Shown one piece after another: positions 1 through 9,768 of a stretch of DNA of 64,000 nt. Every line of letters starts with the position of its first letter. Position 1 is the stretch's first letter. Location: positions 288,001 to 352,000 of the forward strand of contig CAXXWQ010000002.1 of the NCBI GenBank assembly GCA_963674945.2, read 5' to 3'. The position numbers and the translations under genes were made by a program. The DNA is from an uncultured Desulfosarcina sp. Its GTDB lineage: Bacteria; Desulfobacterota; Desulfobacteria; Desulfobacterales; Desulfosarcinaceae. Below the pieces are notes generated by a model, which had not been told where the DNA came from, searched no databases, and was given only the letters and a program-made list of their open reading frames with translations.

Positions 1-90
1 TTATCGATAAAGCGATGGAGCGGGGTGCTGTTCTTGACAATGTTCGTAACAGAACACAAGTGTTATATGAAATTGTAAACTAATTCGTTT

Positions 91-984
91 CTATTCATCG
101 CCTGCAACCATTTCCCCGGCATGATAAGAGCTTCTCACGAAGGGCCCGGAGGCGACTTTTTCGAATCCCATGGAGAGCGCCGTTTGCCGCCAATGATCGA
201 AGGTTTCCGGCGGGACGAATTCGGTTACCGGCAAGTGATCGGCCGTGGGTTGGAGGTACTGGCCGATGGTGAGCAGACGGCAACCCGTTTTGTGGATGTC
301 GCCGACGACCTGCCGGATCTCTTGTTCGGTTTCGCCCAGACCCAACATGATACCGGACTTGGGTATGATGGCCGGGGCGATTTCTCTGACCCGGGACAGC
401 AGTTCCAGTGATCGGTCGTAGTCGGCCTGGGGGCGGACAGTGGGGTAGAGGCGTCGAACGGTCTCCATGTTGTGATTGAGCACGTGGGGTCGGGCGACGA
501 GAACCGTCTCCAGGGCTTTTCGGTCGCCTTTGAAATCGGGGATGAGGACTTCGACCCCCACCCCGGGGATTTTCGCCTTCAGGGCATGGATGGTGGCGGC
601 GAAATGTGCGGCGCCGCCGTCTTCCAGATCGTCCCGGGTCACCGATGTGACCACCACATGGCGAAGATTCATCCGCGCAGCCGCGTCGGCCACCCGCCGC
701 GGCTCGTCGGGGTCCAGGGAAAGCGGCGTTCCGCCACGGATATTGCAGAAGGTGCAGCTTCTCGTGCAGACGGAGCCAAGGATCAAAAAAGTGGCCGTAT
801 GGGCGGAGAAACATTCGAACTGGTTGGGGCAGTTGGCCTCCTGGCATACCGTATGGAGCCGGCCGGACGCGATCATGGAGCGGATCTTCTCATAGGCCGG
901 CCCGGAGGGCAGCTTTTTTTTCAGCCAGGGGGGTTTGTTGGTTTTTATTGGTTTTCGGTTCACGGTTGACGGTTCTCGGTTCAT
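91..984 (-). CDS. lipA: Lipoyl synthase
   Basis: CX4CX5C motif (CQEANCPNQFEC), radical SAM motif CTRSCTFC and C-terminal RSSY; lies next to lipB and the gcv genes. Confidence 0.97.
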   Translation of the reverse strand: MNREPSTVNRKPIKTNKPPWLKKKLPSGPAYEKIRSMIASGRLHTVCQEANCPNQFECFSAHTATFLILGSVCTRSCTFCNIRGGTPLSLDPDEPRRVADAAARMNLRHVVVTSVTRDDLEDGGAAHFAATIHALKAKIPGVGVEVLIPDFKGDRKALETVLVARPHVLNHNMETVRRLYPTVRPQADYDRSLELLSRVREIAPAIIPKSGIMLGLGETEQEIRQVVGDIHKTGCRLLTIGQYLQPTADHLPVTEFVPPETFDHWRQTALSMGFEKVASGPFVRSSYHAGEMVAGDE

Positions 985-1041
985 GGTTTATGTTTCTATG
1001 GGTAACAAATAAAGGGTTCAAGGGGGTATGAGTTTGTCTTC

Positions 1042-1164
1042 TATTATACCGGCAATTAAATAGCTCAATCTCTCCTGAGCTATATTATCATAAAACCCTG
1101 TAAGCCGCAGGTTCAAGAAAATTACTATATCTGTAAGCTGGGCTATTTAATTGCCGGTTTAATA
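1042..1164. repeat. MITE-like element with 26-bp terminal inverted repeats
   Basis: TATTATACCGGCAATTAAATAGCTCA (1042-1067) versus TGGGCTATTTAATTGCCGGTTTAATA (1139-1164), 24/26 complementary; AT-rich non-coding interior. Confidence 0.7.
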
Positions 1165-1173
1165 ATGATCGAA

Positions 1174-1920
1174 TTAGGGCTTTCCGCATCCTTTCGACAC
1201 CTCGAATCCTTTTTCCCCAATTTCTTTAAAAAGCCGTTCCGCCGACACCTGGATCAACCTAACGCCCAACGCTTCACCCAAATGTCCGGCCAGGACCTGT
1301 CGGGCTTCTGTCATGTCCACAGGATAGCCCAAAAGACGCTCGACACTGGTCATCTTTACCCGGTCAAGGCCGCAGGGATGGATCCAGGAAAAGGGTTCCA
1401 TGTCCGTGTTGACGTTAAGGGCCAGGCCGTGAAAGCTGATTCCCCGGCGCACGGTGATGCCGATGCTGCCCAGCTTGTCGCCGGCCACCCAGACGCCACG
1501 GTTTGCAGGGGCCGTCTCCGCTTCGATGCCCCAATGGGAGGCGGCTCGGATCATGGCTTGCTCCAAAGCCGAAACAAAATCGACCACCCGGAAACGCCGC
1601 TGATTGAGCGCGACGATGGGATAGCCCACCAGTTGCCCCGGTCCGTGATAGGTGATGTTGCCGCCCCGTTCTGTTGGTACCACGGCTACATGCTGTTGTC
1701 CCAGAAACGCTTCGGTGACGCACAGGTTCTCCCGACCGCCGCGTCGGCCCAGGGTGAAGACCCGGGGGTGTTCGACGAAAATGGCGACGTCTTCTCGCAG
1801 TCGTTTCTCTACTTTTGCTTTCACGACGGACAGCTGCAGGTTCAAGGCTTTCCCATAGTCGGTCAGGGGAAGCTCCACCCACCAGAAATCCGCTTGGTCG
1901 TTGTCGTTCCCGGCAGTCAT
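1174..1920 (-). CDS. lipB: Lipoyl(octanoyl) transferase
   Basis: EHPRVFTLGRR, RGGNITYHGPGQLVGYP, HGLALNV and PCGL motifs; start moved to MTAGND at 1920 to avoid overlapping gcvPB. Confidence 0.95.
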   Translation of the reverse strand: MTAGNDNDQADFWWVELPLTDYGKALNLQLSVVKAKVEKRLREDVAIFVEHPRVFTLGRRGGRENLCVTEAFLGQQHVAVVPTERGGNITYHGPGQLVGYPIVALNQRRFRVVDFVSALEQAMIRAASHWGIEAETAPANRGVWVAGDKLGSIGITVRRGISFHGLALNVNTDMEPFSWIHPCGLDRVKMTSVERLLGYPVDMTEARQVLAGHLGEALGVRLIQVSAERLFKEIGEKGFEVSKGCGKP

Positions 1921-1958
1921 CAGCACTTCATCTACGTCTCTCGTCCATCGCCTATGCG

Positions 1959-3425
1959 TTATCCCTTCAGACAGGGTTTTCTTGCCGCCAGAGTCTCGTC
2001 CAGCCTTCGTAATTTGGGAATCCGGGGTGCCTCGTGCAGGCGTTCGGGGCTGTTTTTTGCCTCTTCGGCGATCTGTCGCATGGCGTCGATAAACTGGTCC
2101 AATGTCTCCCTGGATTCGGATTCGGTGGGTTCGATCATGATGGCGCCGTCGACCACCAAAGGGAAATAGACCGTGGGTGGATGGAATCCGTGGTCCATGA
2201 GTCTTTTTGCGATGTCCATCGTTGCCACACCGTTTTCCTGCTGCAGTTTGTCGGTGAAGACACATTCGTGCATACAGGGCCGGTCATATGCGAGGTGATA
2301 GTGTCCCTTGAGGTTTTCCTTGAGGTAATTGGCGTTGAGAACGGCGTACTGACTGACTTTTTTGAGATCCTTGCCCACACTGCGGATGTAGCTGTAGGCG
2401 CGGACGAGGATCCCGAAGTTGCCGAAAAAGGCGTGAACCTTTCCCACGGACAAAGGGTAGTTCTCATCCAGGCGAAAGCGTTCGTCCTCTTTGACGACCC
2501 GGGGCACGGGCAGAAAAGGTTCCAATACCGTGGTGACGCAAATCGGTCCGGCACCGGGTCCGCCGCCGCCGTGTGGGGTGGAGAAGGTCTTGTGCAGGTT
2601 GAGGTGCAAGATGTCCACACCGGTGCGGCCCACGTCCACCATGCCCATGATGGCGTTCAGGTTGGCTCCGTCCCCGTAGACCAGTCCGCCCTTTTCATGG
2701 ACGATGTCGGCCACATTACGGATGTTGTCCTCGAACAGCCCCAGGGTGTTGGGATTGGTGATCATGATGCCGGCCGTGTCTTCATCCATCTTTTCGGCTA
2801 CCAACGTGGGCTCCAGGACGCCGTTTTCTCCGGATTCGACCGCAACGGCGGTAAAGCCGCACAGGGCGGCGCTGGCAGGGTTGGTCCCATGGGCCGTATC
2901 CGGTATGAGAACCTTGGTGCGCGGGCGTCCCTGGTGTTTGTGAAATGCGGCAAAGATCAGCATCCCGGTCAATTCTCCCTGGGACCCTGCCGCCGGTTGC
3001 ACACAGACGGCGGGTAGTCCGGTGATTTCTCCCAGGTATCGTTGCAGGTCGAAGATCAATGCAAGGGCGCCCTGGCTCAGGCTCTCGGGCAGCATGGGAT
3101 GAGCAAAGGCAAAACCGGGGATGGATGCCATCCGTTCGTTGATCTTGGGATTGTATTTCATGGTGCATGACCCCAGCGGATACATCCCGCTGTCCACGCC
3201 GAAGTTCCACTGAGAGAGTCTCGTGAAGTGGCGCACCACGTCCGGTTCGCAAAGATCGGGGAAATCGGGGCCTTCTCCCGTGAGCGCCTCGTCCAGGGAT
3301 GCTTCGTCCACATCTCTTTTGGGCAGCGACAAGCCCGTTCGTCCCGGTGAGCCCTTTTCCCAGAGAAGGGGCTCGTTGAAGACAAGGCCGGTGGTTCCCA
3401 TTTTCTCTTTGGTTGCAGTTTTCAT
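1959..3425 (-). CDS. gcvPB: Glycine dehydrogenase (decarboxylating) subunit 2
   Basis: YPLGSCTMKYNP; PLP-lysine motif HLNLHKTFSTPHGGGGPG; ATG at 3425 overlaps the gcvPA stop (ATGA). Confidence 0.96.
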   Translation of the reverse strand: MKTATKEKMGTTGLVFNEPLLWEKGSPGRTGLSLPKRDVDEASLDEALTGEGPDFPDLCEPDVVRHFTRLSQWNFGVDSGMYPLGSCTMKYNPKINERMASIPGFAFAHPMLPESLSQGALALIFDLQRYLGEITGLPAVCVQPAAGSQGELTGMLIFAAFHKHQGRPRTKVLIPDTAHGTNPASAALCGFTAVAVESGENGVLEPTLVAEKMDEDTAGIMITNPNTLGLFEDNIRNVADIVHEKGGLVYGDGANLNAIMGMVDVGRTGVDILHLNLHKTFSTPHGGGGPGAGPICVTTVLEPFLPVPRVVKEDERFRLDENYPLSVGKVHAFFGNFGILVRAYSYIRSVGKDLKKVSQYAVLNANYLKENLKGHYHLAYDRPCMHECVFTDKLQQENGVATMDIAKRLMDHGFHPPTVYFPLVVDGAIMIEPTESESRETLDQFIDAMRQIAEEAKNSPERLHEAPRIPKLRRLDETLAARKPCLKG

Positions 3426-4756
3426 CGGGTCACCTCCTGGACCAGGGCGTCCATGTCGTTTTTGTCGATGGTTTCTGTCACGCACATGAGCCAGCAATCG
3501 ACCATTTCCGGGTAGAAGGGCGTAAGGTGCAAACCGGCCACGATCTTCTTGTCCACCAGTCGTTTCCAGGTGTCTGTAAATCCTTTGGGAAAGCGGACCA
3601 CGAACTCGTTGAAGGTCGGTGCGGTAAAAGGCGATTCGTGACCGGACGCGGCGAGGGCTTTTTTGAGGTACTCGGCCCGATCCCGGTTGAGGCAGGAGAG
3701 TTGTCGGATGCCCGTGCCGCCCATGGCCGCCATATACATGGTCGACGCGGTGGCACACAGGCCCTGGTTGGTGCAGATGTTGGACGTAGCTTTTTCCCTG
3801 CGAATATGTTGCTCCCGGGTGGCCAGGGTCAACACATAGCCGGTTTTTCCATCCCGATCCACGGTCTTGCCGATGAGACGCCCCGGCATGGCGCGAAGAA
3901 ACTGCTGTTTGGCGGCGAACATGCCCAGACCGGGGCCGCCGAAGCTCTGTGGAATGCCGAAACTCTGACCTTCGCCACAGGCGATATCCGCACCACAGGC
4001 GCCCGGGCTTTTGAGCAGGCCATAGGCCAGCGGTTCGGAAAAGGCGGTGACGAAAAGGGTCTTGGGATCGGCATGAATGATCTGACCGGCCGTCGCCAGG
4101 TCTTCGATACAGCCGAAGAAGTTAGGACTCTGCACGGCCACGCCGGCCAGTTCTCCCAGTTCGGTCAGTCCGGACAGATCCGTGCGGCCGTCTGTACCCA
4201 CGGGCAATTCTACAATCTCGAAGCCGGTGGGGGAGAAATAGGTTTTAACCACCCGGCGATACGTGGGATGGATACCGCACGATACGGCGACCCGCTTTCG
4301 ACGGGTGACCCGGATGGTCATGAGCATTGCCTCGGCCAGGGCCGATGCGCCGTCGTACATGGAGGCGTTGGCCACGTCCATGCCCAGCAGACGGGTGACC
4401 AGGGTCTGGTATTCATAGATGGTCTGAAGCGTGCCCTGGCTGATCTCCGGCTGGTAGGGGGTGTAGGCGGTGAAGAACTCTCCCCGCAACAAAAGCTGCC
4501 GCGTGATCTCCGGAATCCAGTGGTGGTAACTGCCGGCGCCCATGAATACCTTGAAGGCGGGTGATGCGCCCATGCCTTCGGCCAGTTTGTTCATGTGCGT
4601 AGACAGTTCCCATTCGGTGAGGGGTTCGGGCAGGTTGATCTCTTTTTTCCTGCGGCAATCGGCGGGAATACTGGTAAAGAGTGTGTCCAGATCCGCCGCG
4701 CTTACCGCCTTGAGCATATGGTCGATGTCTTCGGGGGTATGGGGCAGATATCGCAT
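3422..4756 (-). CDS. gcvPA: Glycine dehydrogenase (decarboxylating) subunit 1
   Basis: MRYLPHT start, TAYTPYQPEISQG, NASMYDGA and REQHIRREKATSNICTNQ motifs. Confidence 0.97.
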   Translation of the reverse strand: MRYLPHTPEDIDHMLKAVSAADLDTLFTSIPADCRRKKEINLPEPLTEWELSTHMNKLAEGMGASPAFKVFMGAGSYHHWIPEITRQLLLRGEFFTAYTPYQPEISQGTLQTIYEYQTLVTRLLGMDVANASMYDGASALAEAMLMTIRVTRRKRVAVSCGIHPTYRRVVKTYFSPTGFEIVELPVGTDGRTDLSGLTELGELAGVAVQSPNFFGCIEDLATAGQIIHADPKTLFVTAFSEPLAYGLLKSPGACGADIACGEGQSFGIPQSFGGPGLGMFAAKQQFLRAMPGRLIGKTVDRDGKTGYVLTLATREQHIRREKATSNICTNQGLCATASTMYMAAMGGTGIRQLSCLNRDRAEYLKKALAASGHESPFTAPTFNEFVVRFPKGFTDTWKRLVDKKIVAGLHLTPFYPEMVDCWLMCVTETIDKNDMDALVQEVTR

Positions 4757-4761
4757 TGGTT

Positions 4762-5160
4762 TTATCCTTTCAACATTTCAAGGTAGGCGTTCTTGTCCAT
4801 TAAACGCGTCAGCTCTTTGGCATCGCCGGGTTTAATGTCAATCATCCAGCCGCCGTCATAGGGATCCTGGTTGACCAGTTCCGGTTTGTCGGCAAGGTCC
4901 TCGTTGATGGCCGTCACCTCTCCACCCACGGGCATGAAGAGTTCGGATGCGGCCTTTACCGACTCCACGGTGCCGAACTCCTCTCCTTTTTCGAAGGTGC
5001 TGCCCACCTCCGGCAGTTCGACGAAGACGATATCTCCCAACTGGTCCTGGGCATAGTCGGAAATGCCCACGCGGATGATATCACCCGTCTCTTTGGCCCA
5101 TTCATGGTCTTCGGTGTATCGCATGTCGTCCGGTATATTCATTTCGCTGATCGCTTTCAT
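4762..5160 (-). CDS. gcvH: Glycine cleavage system H protein
   Basis: HEW, GISDYAQDQLGD and lipoyl-lysine motif VESVKAASE; GGAGG RBS before the ATG at 5160. Confidence 0.97.
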   Translation of the reverse strand: MKAISEMNIPDDMRYTEDHEWAKETGDIIRVGISDYAQDQLGDIVFVELPEVGSTFEKGEEFGTVESVKAASELFMPVGGEVTAINEDLADKPELVNQDPYDGGWMIDIKPGDAKELTRLMDKNAYLEMLKG

Positions 5161-5216
5161 CGGTTTCCTCCCTTGTATTGTCTTTGTTTTATGAGGTGTC
5201 ATGGCCGCGGCGGCAC

Positions 5217-6482
5217 CTATCCGCGCATTTCGGCCATGGGTTTTCGGGCGGTGCGATCCGGACGTACGTCGTCGGTGATGGTCACGGTGAGCTTGCGCCG
5301 ATCGTCGGCGATCGTAACATGGCTTCCCATGGACAATTTACGATCGACCCTGATAAAACCGCAGCAAAGTCCTTTGGCGGTAAAATTTTCGGGCCTGTCC
5401 GGGCTGGCAACACTGAAGATTCGATCATCAAAACGACCGATGCCCATGTCTGTTACGCAGGTAAGCACTCTGCCGATCACCACACCACTGGCGTCGATGA
5501 CCCGGGAATCGCCGCCAACCGTGATTTTGCGTGGATCACTGCCCACGAAGATCTGCGTGAATTGGAATTCCGACAGATTTTCCAAGGCGGTCCGACCGAT
5601 GAAATCTTTGGTGAATCCGGTCTGGTCGGCGGTGAAGGGCAGGGCAAAGGGCCAGGGATGATTGAAAAATGGCCAGTCTCCGATATCCTGGTGGGAAAGG
5701 GCCAGCCCGGCACCGGCCCGCAGGCTGTCCCGCGCCGCCAGGCCACAGGGCCGGATGCCATGGGCCGTACCCGCATCCAACAGGCGCTGCCACTGGGATT
5801 GCACCTTGTCCGGCGCCAGGAAGATCTCGAACCCGAATTCACCGGTGTACCCGGTGCGGGACAAGAGGATCGGGGTTCCGTCTTCCAGGCGAACCACATC
5901 GGCCTGGGGGGCCTCGGGATCATAGTGGCCTTTGAAGGAGAAGTAGGGCATGGCGGAAAAGACATCATCCGGGTTCTGCAGACATCGGCCGAGGATCCTG
6001 GCCGATGCCGGACCCTGAATGTCAATCTTTCCCAGCCGGTCGGTCAGGTCCGTGATGGTTGCATGTCGACGTTCGAGATGTTTTTCCAGGTGATCGGCCA
6101 CGATCTTTCCCATGCCGGCGTTGACCACGACCATGTAGCTGGCCGCTTCCAGGAAAAAGACGATGGCGTCGTCGACGGTATGGCCTCTTTCATCCAAGAA
6201 GGCGCCGTAGACGCATCGTCCCGGCGAAAGGGGTGTTTTCTTCGGTCCCACGCAACCATCCAGATCGTTGGTAAAACAGTGCTGAAGAAGTTCTTTTGCG
6301 TCGGGACCGGTTACGATGACGGCGGGCATGTGACTGGTGTCGAAGATGCCGGCGCCGGTCAATACGGACAGGTGCTCCGCCTTCACCGATTCGTACCATA
6401 ATGGCATGTCGTAACCGCCGAAGTCGGCCATGTTGGCATTTTCATTCCGGTGCCAGGAATTAAGTGGTGTTTGTTTTAACAT
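5217..6482 (-). CDS. gcvT: Glycine cleavage system aminomethyltransferase T
   Basis: TPL...H, FGGYDMPLWY, FDTSHM, RTGYTGEFGFE and GLAARDSLR motifs. Confidence 0.93.
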   Translation of the reverse strand: MLKQTPLNSWHRNENANMADFGGYDMPLWYESVKAEHLSVLTGAGIFDTSHMPAVIVTGPDAKELLQHCFTNDLDGCVGPKKTPLSPGRCVYGAFLDERGHTVDDAIVFFLEAASYMVVVNAGMGKIVADHLEKHLERRHATITDLTDRLGKIDIQGPASARILGRCLQNPDDVFSAMPYFSFKGHYDPEAPQADVVRLEDGTPILLSRTGYTGEFGFEIFLAPDKVQSQWQRLLDAGTAHGIRPCGLAARDSLRAGAGLALSHQDIGDWPFFNHPWPFALPFTADQTGFTKDFIGRTALENLSEFQFTQIFVGSDPRKITVGGDSRVIDASGVVIGRVLTCVTDMGIGRFDDRIFSVASPDRPENFTAKGLCCGFIRVDRKLSMGSHVTIADDRRKLTVTITDDVRPDRTARKPMAEMRG

Positions 6483-6513
6483 TTGTCGTGACCTTCCGGA
6501 TTAAAAATTGAAT

Positions 6514-6622
6514 GAGTGTTAAGTGTAAAGTTTTAAGTGTTAAGGGAAGGTCTTGCGATCATTTTAATATAAAATCGATAGAATTCATCAACTTAACACT
6601 TAAAACGTAATACTTAACACTT
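6514..6622. repeat. Inverted pair of 7-bp-periodic repeat arms
   Basis: GAGTGTTAAGTGTAAAGTTTTAAGTGTTAAG versus CTTAACACTTAAAACGTAATACTTAACACTT around a spacer of about 47 bp. Confidence 0.75.
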
Positions 6623-6623
6623 C

Positions 6624-7067
6624 TCAATATATATACGGCACCTTCAGATTGTAGCTCTTATACACCACGAAGGTTTCCACCGATTGCACTTCATCCAGCT
6701 TGGAAACCTCCTCGGTATAAAACTCCAGCAGTCCGAACCCATCCTTGAGCAGCACCACCAGGATGAGGTCGAATCGTCCGGTAACCACGCTCACCGACAC
6801 GACCCCCCGGACGCGGCTGAACTCTTCCCCTTTTTTCACCAGATCCATCGTGTCCAGCTTCACACCCACCATCACGATTCGGTGCAGGGGAATCGCCTCG
6901 GGATTCACGAGGCCGGTGATATCCAGCACACCCTCTGATTCCAGTTTGTTGACCCGGGATCGAATGGTATTTTCGGATACGCCGAGATCCTCGGCGATTA
7001 TTTTGTAGGACTTCCTTCCCTCCCGCAAGTGGCGAATGATGGAGATGTTCAACGCATCAATTTTCAC
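6624..7067 (-). CDS. Lrp/AsnC family transcriptional regulator
   Basis: N-terminal HTH (IAEDLGVSENTIRSRVNKL) and RAM domain motif VTGRFDL; probable GTG start at 7067 behind AGAAAGG. Confidence 0.92.
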   Translation of the reverse strand: MKIDALNISIIRHLREGRKSYKIIAEDLGVSENTIRSRVNKLESEGVLDITGLVNPEAIPLHRIVMVGVKLDTMDLVKKGEEFSRVRGVVSVSVVTGRFDLILVVLLKDGFGLLEFYTEEVSKLDEVQSVETFVVYKSYNLKVPYIY

Positions 7068-7492
7068 GGACAACCTTTCTTTGTTTAATTGATTTAATTA
7101 TAAGTATTGTAGTCAATAATAAAGTATCCGTCCAACAAAAATTTAAAAAACTGAAGATTTCTTCAAAAGTTCGGATCGAAGTTGTCTCGCGGACGGTTTT
7201 GCGGCATCGACCGCCGCCGTCGAGGTGTCCAAAAAACAGAAGAAGCGGACCCGGCAATCTTTTCCTATTGCCGGTCCCATTTTTCGGAGAATGCACCGTT
7301 GAAAGATTTGGATCATCGCCAGTGGCGGCGGGAATGTGCAGACGGATTGCCGTGTTTTCCCGCCGGAACGGCTTGTCATCCAGACGCCAATATTCCTCCC
7401 TTGTTGTGGCATAAAATGTGAATGGATTGCGTCCATATGAACCATGGGATTCATGGGTACGATTGCCCCTTATTCAACGTAGGAGTCATCAC

Positions 7493-8320
7493 GTGTTTAA
7501 AAATGGTCTTTTGTTGTTCGGTATTTTTGTCTTCTTTCTCCTTGCCCGCGACGTGATGGGCGAGATTCCGGTCTGGGTCAATTTCAGGAGCGCTGCCATG
7601 GTGTTTACCGGAACGATCGTCTGCGGCTTGCTGGCCTTCCCCGTCCGGACCCTTTGGGGTTTTTTCAGCAGCTTTCGAAAAAGCATGCGATCCGATGGCA
7701 AGTCTTTGGCGGATTTGATTCAGCAGATCGTCGTACTGGCACGCCTGCAACGGGTCGCCGGTCTCGGCGAGATGAATCGGAAGATCAATGCCGTGTCGCA
7801 CCCCGTGCTGCGCCGGGGTTTTTTGATGATTCTGGACAATCACGATCGTCACCGCGTAGAAACAATGCTGGAAAAGGAGATCAATATCTATCTGGATCAA
7901 CTACAGACACAGCTAAACGTGGTCAATCGTTTCAGCCGTCTGGCTCCGGTCTTCGGATTCGTCGGGACCATCATCGGGTTGATCAATGTACTCAATCACA
8001 TCGGCGACAGCACCCAAATCGGACAGGGCATGGCCGCGGCGCTGCTCACCACTTTTTATGGCCTGCTTTTCGCAAATTTTCTGTTTCTCCCCCTGGCGGG
8101 AAAGTTTGCCGAATACGCCAGGCGGGAGGCCCTTGCACTCAATGTCATTTTCGATGGTGTTTTGTGTGTGGCTGATGGGCGTCCTCCCCTTGAGATCGCA
8201 CATTATTTGTTGTCCTATGCGGAGGCCGATCAAACATCCTCCCAGGCGAATTCGCTCCATCTTCCCAAAGGATGGAACCCATGGGGACGTTCGTCACTGC
8301 AACGTCCAGCGGCGAGGTGA
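7493..8320 (+). CDS. MotA/PomA-family stator subunit A
   Basis: APVFGFVGTIIGLI and ALLTTFYG transmembrane motifs; AGGAG RBS before the GTG at 7493; followed by a MotB-like gene. Confidence 0.88.
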   Translation: MFKNGLLLFGIFVFFLLARDVMGEIPVWVNFRSAAMVFTGTIVCGLLAFPVRTLWGFFSSFRKSMRSDGKSLADLIQQIVVLARLQRVAGLGEMNRKINAVSHPVLRRGFLMILDNHDRHRVETMLEKEINIYLDQLQTQLNVVNRFSRLAPVFGFVGTIIGLINVLNHIGDSTQIGQGMAAALLTTFYGLLFANFLFLPLAGKFAEYARREALALNVIFDGVLCVADGRPPLEIAHYLLSYAEADQTSSQANSLHLPKGWNPWGRSSLQRPAAR

Positions 8321-8323
8321 TCG

Positions 8324-9223
8324 ATGTTCGATACCGGCGGTTCCATGGTAAACTGGCGGATGGGGATAAGGTCGGAAAAGGGTGCCGCCGCGCGGTTTTC
8401 GATTTTGGGCCAGAAAGAGGCCGCCCAGGAGGATTCCTTTCTTTGGAGCATGGCCGACCTGATGACCCTGCTCCTCATCTTTTTCGTCCTGTTATATGCC
8501 GACTCTCTGCCCCGTATGGTCCCAAAGAAGGCCGAAAAAGATCCTGCGCATGTGGTGGCGGTTTCTTCGAAGACGATATCCGAACCCGATCTGTCAGTTT
8601 CACCACCGGAAAAAGAACTATCGGCCGAACAAGCGGTGACGGAGGAAACACCGCCGTTGCCAGAACGCGAAATCCAGCTGCCGCCGGAGGCAAACACCTT
8701 GACCCTGGCGTCGGAGAAAGTCGCCGAACAGGTGGAACCCGCGGGTTCAATGGGGCCGCTGCAAAAGGAGATGGTGGAGGCGCTGGAGGACAGCTTCAGC
8801 AATGATTTCTATGTTCGGTGGGATGAAAAGGCGCCTGTTTTCGTCCTGGGGGAGCGGATCACCTTCGATGTCGGTGAAGCGGTGCTGCTGTCGGATTCGC
8901 AATCTGCGTTACAGCGGATGGCCGAACTGATCTTACCGCGTACGGACTATCTGGTGATCGTTTCGGGTCACACCGACAATGTCACCATCCGGACACCGGT
9001 TTTTCCCTCCAACTGGGAACTCTCCGCGGCACGAGCGGCCTCCGTGGCCAAGTTCTTGGCGGCCCACGGGGTTTCTCCCGAGCGGCTCGTCATTCAGGGA
9101 AGAGCGGAATATCATCCTCTCGTCGCAAATACATCGGAGCAGAACCGCAGAATCAATCGCAGGGTCGAAATTTCCCTGATTCGAGAGGCGCCGGAGTCCT
9201 CGTCCGTTTCCGAGATTCCTTGA
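8324..9223 (+). CDS. MotB/PomB-family stator subunit B (OmpA-like peptidoglycan-binding domain)
   Basis: Transmembrane WSMADLMTLLLIFFVLL with the conserved Asp; GHTD, NWELSAARA and NRRVEI motifs. Confidence 0.9.
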   Translation: MFDTGGSMVNWRMGIRSEKGAAARFSILGQKEAAQEDSFLWSMADLMTLLLIFFVLLYADSLPRMVPKKAEKDPAHVVAVSSKTISEPDLSVSPPEKELSAEQAVTEETPPLPEREIQLPPEANTLTLASEKVAEQVEPAGSMGPLQKEMVEALEDSFSNDFYVRWDEKAPVFVLGERITFDVGEAVLLSDSQSALQRMAELILPRTDYLVIVSGHTDNVTIRTPVFPSNWELSAARAASVAKFLAAHGVSPERLVIQGRAEYHPLVANTSEQNRRINRRVEISLIREAPESSSVSEIP

Positions 9224-9285
9224 GGCATGGAAGCCGGCACTGTCGTTCCCGTGTCGTAAAACCCATTTTTTTGTAATGCCCGGGG

Positions 9286-9768
9286 TTATTGCGATCGGGG
9301 TATCTGACCTTCCAGTTCCGCGATTTTTTTTTTGATCTGTTCGATCTGTTGCTCTTTCATTCCCATTGTAAAGGTTGTGCTCAAGCCGCGGTTTTCGATC
9401 CTGGCAATCTCCTGGCGCAGTCGGGCCTGCTCCTCGATGATCTGGCGTGTCCGCTCGTCCAGTTCCGCCTGCCGTCGTTCCTCGGCTTCCCGGGCCTTTT
9501 TGTCGGCTTGCTGCTCGAAATGCCGATCGGCTTCTTCGCCGGCCTCTTCCACCATGGTGTCGAATGCCTGTCGCTGCTGATTTGCCTGCTGCTCGTCGTA
9601 TTGGATTTCCTGAATCGACTCCACGTTTTCGGCATCTTCCGGAGGCTGGGAATTGGAGTAACGTTTCACGCCGTCCGCATCCGTCCATGTATAGATGGTG
9701 CCGGCCAGGGTGTTTGCGCTGATAAACAAGAGTGTTATGGTCAAGATCGTCAAAGTTGTCCGATGCAT
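9286..9768 (-). CDS. Exported DUF4124-like protein
   Basis: Signal peptide followed by IYTWTDADGVKRYSNSQPP and a coiled coil; AAGGAG RBS. Confidence 0.8.
   Translation of the reverse strand: MHRTTLTILTITLLFISANTLAGTIYTWTDADGVKRYSNSQPPEDAENVESIQEIQYDEQQANQQRQAFDTMVEEAGEEADRHFEQQADKKAREAEERRQAELDERTRQIIEEQARLRQEIARIENRGLSTTFTMGMKEQQIEQIKKKIAELEGQIPRSQ

Noticed and set aside
7407..7422. Sigma-54 promoter upstream of motA (TGGCAT-N5-GTGAA)
   Set aside because: The -12 element lacks the conserved GC, so it is too weak to call.
7493..9223. Zorya ZorAB defence system
   Set aside because: The A subunit has no long cytoplasmic tail and no zorC/D/E-like genes follow.
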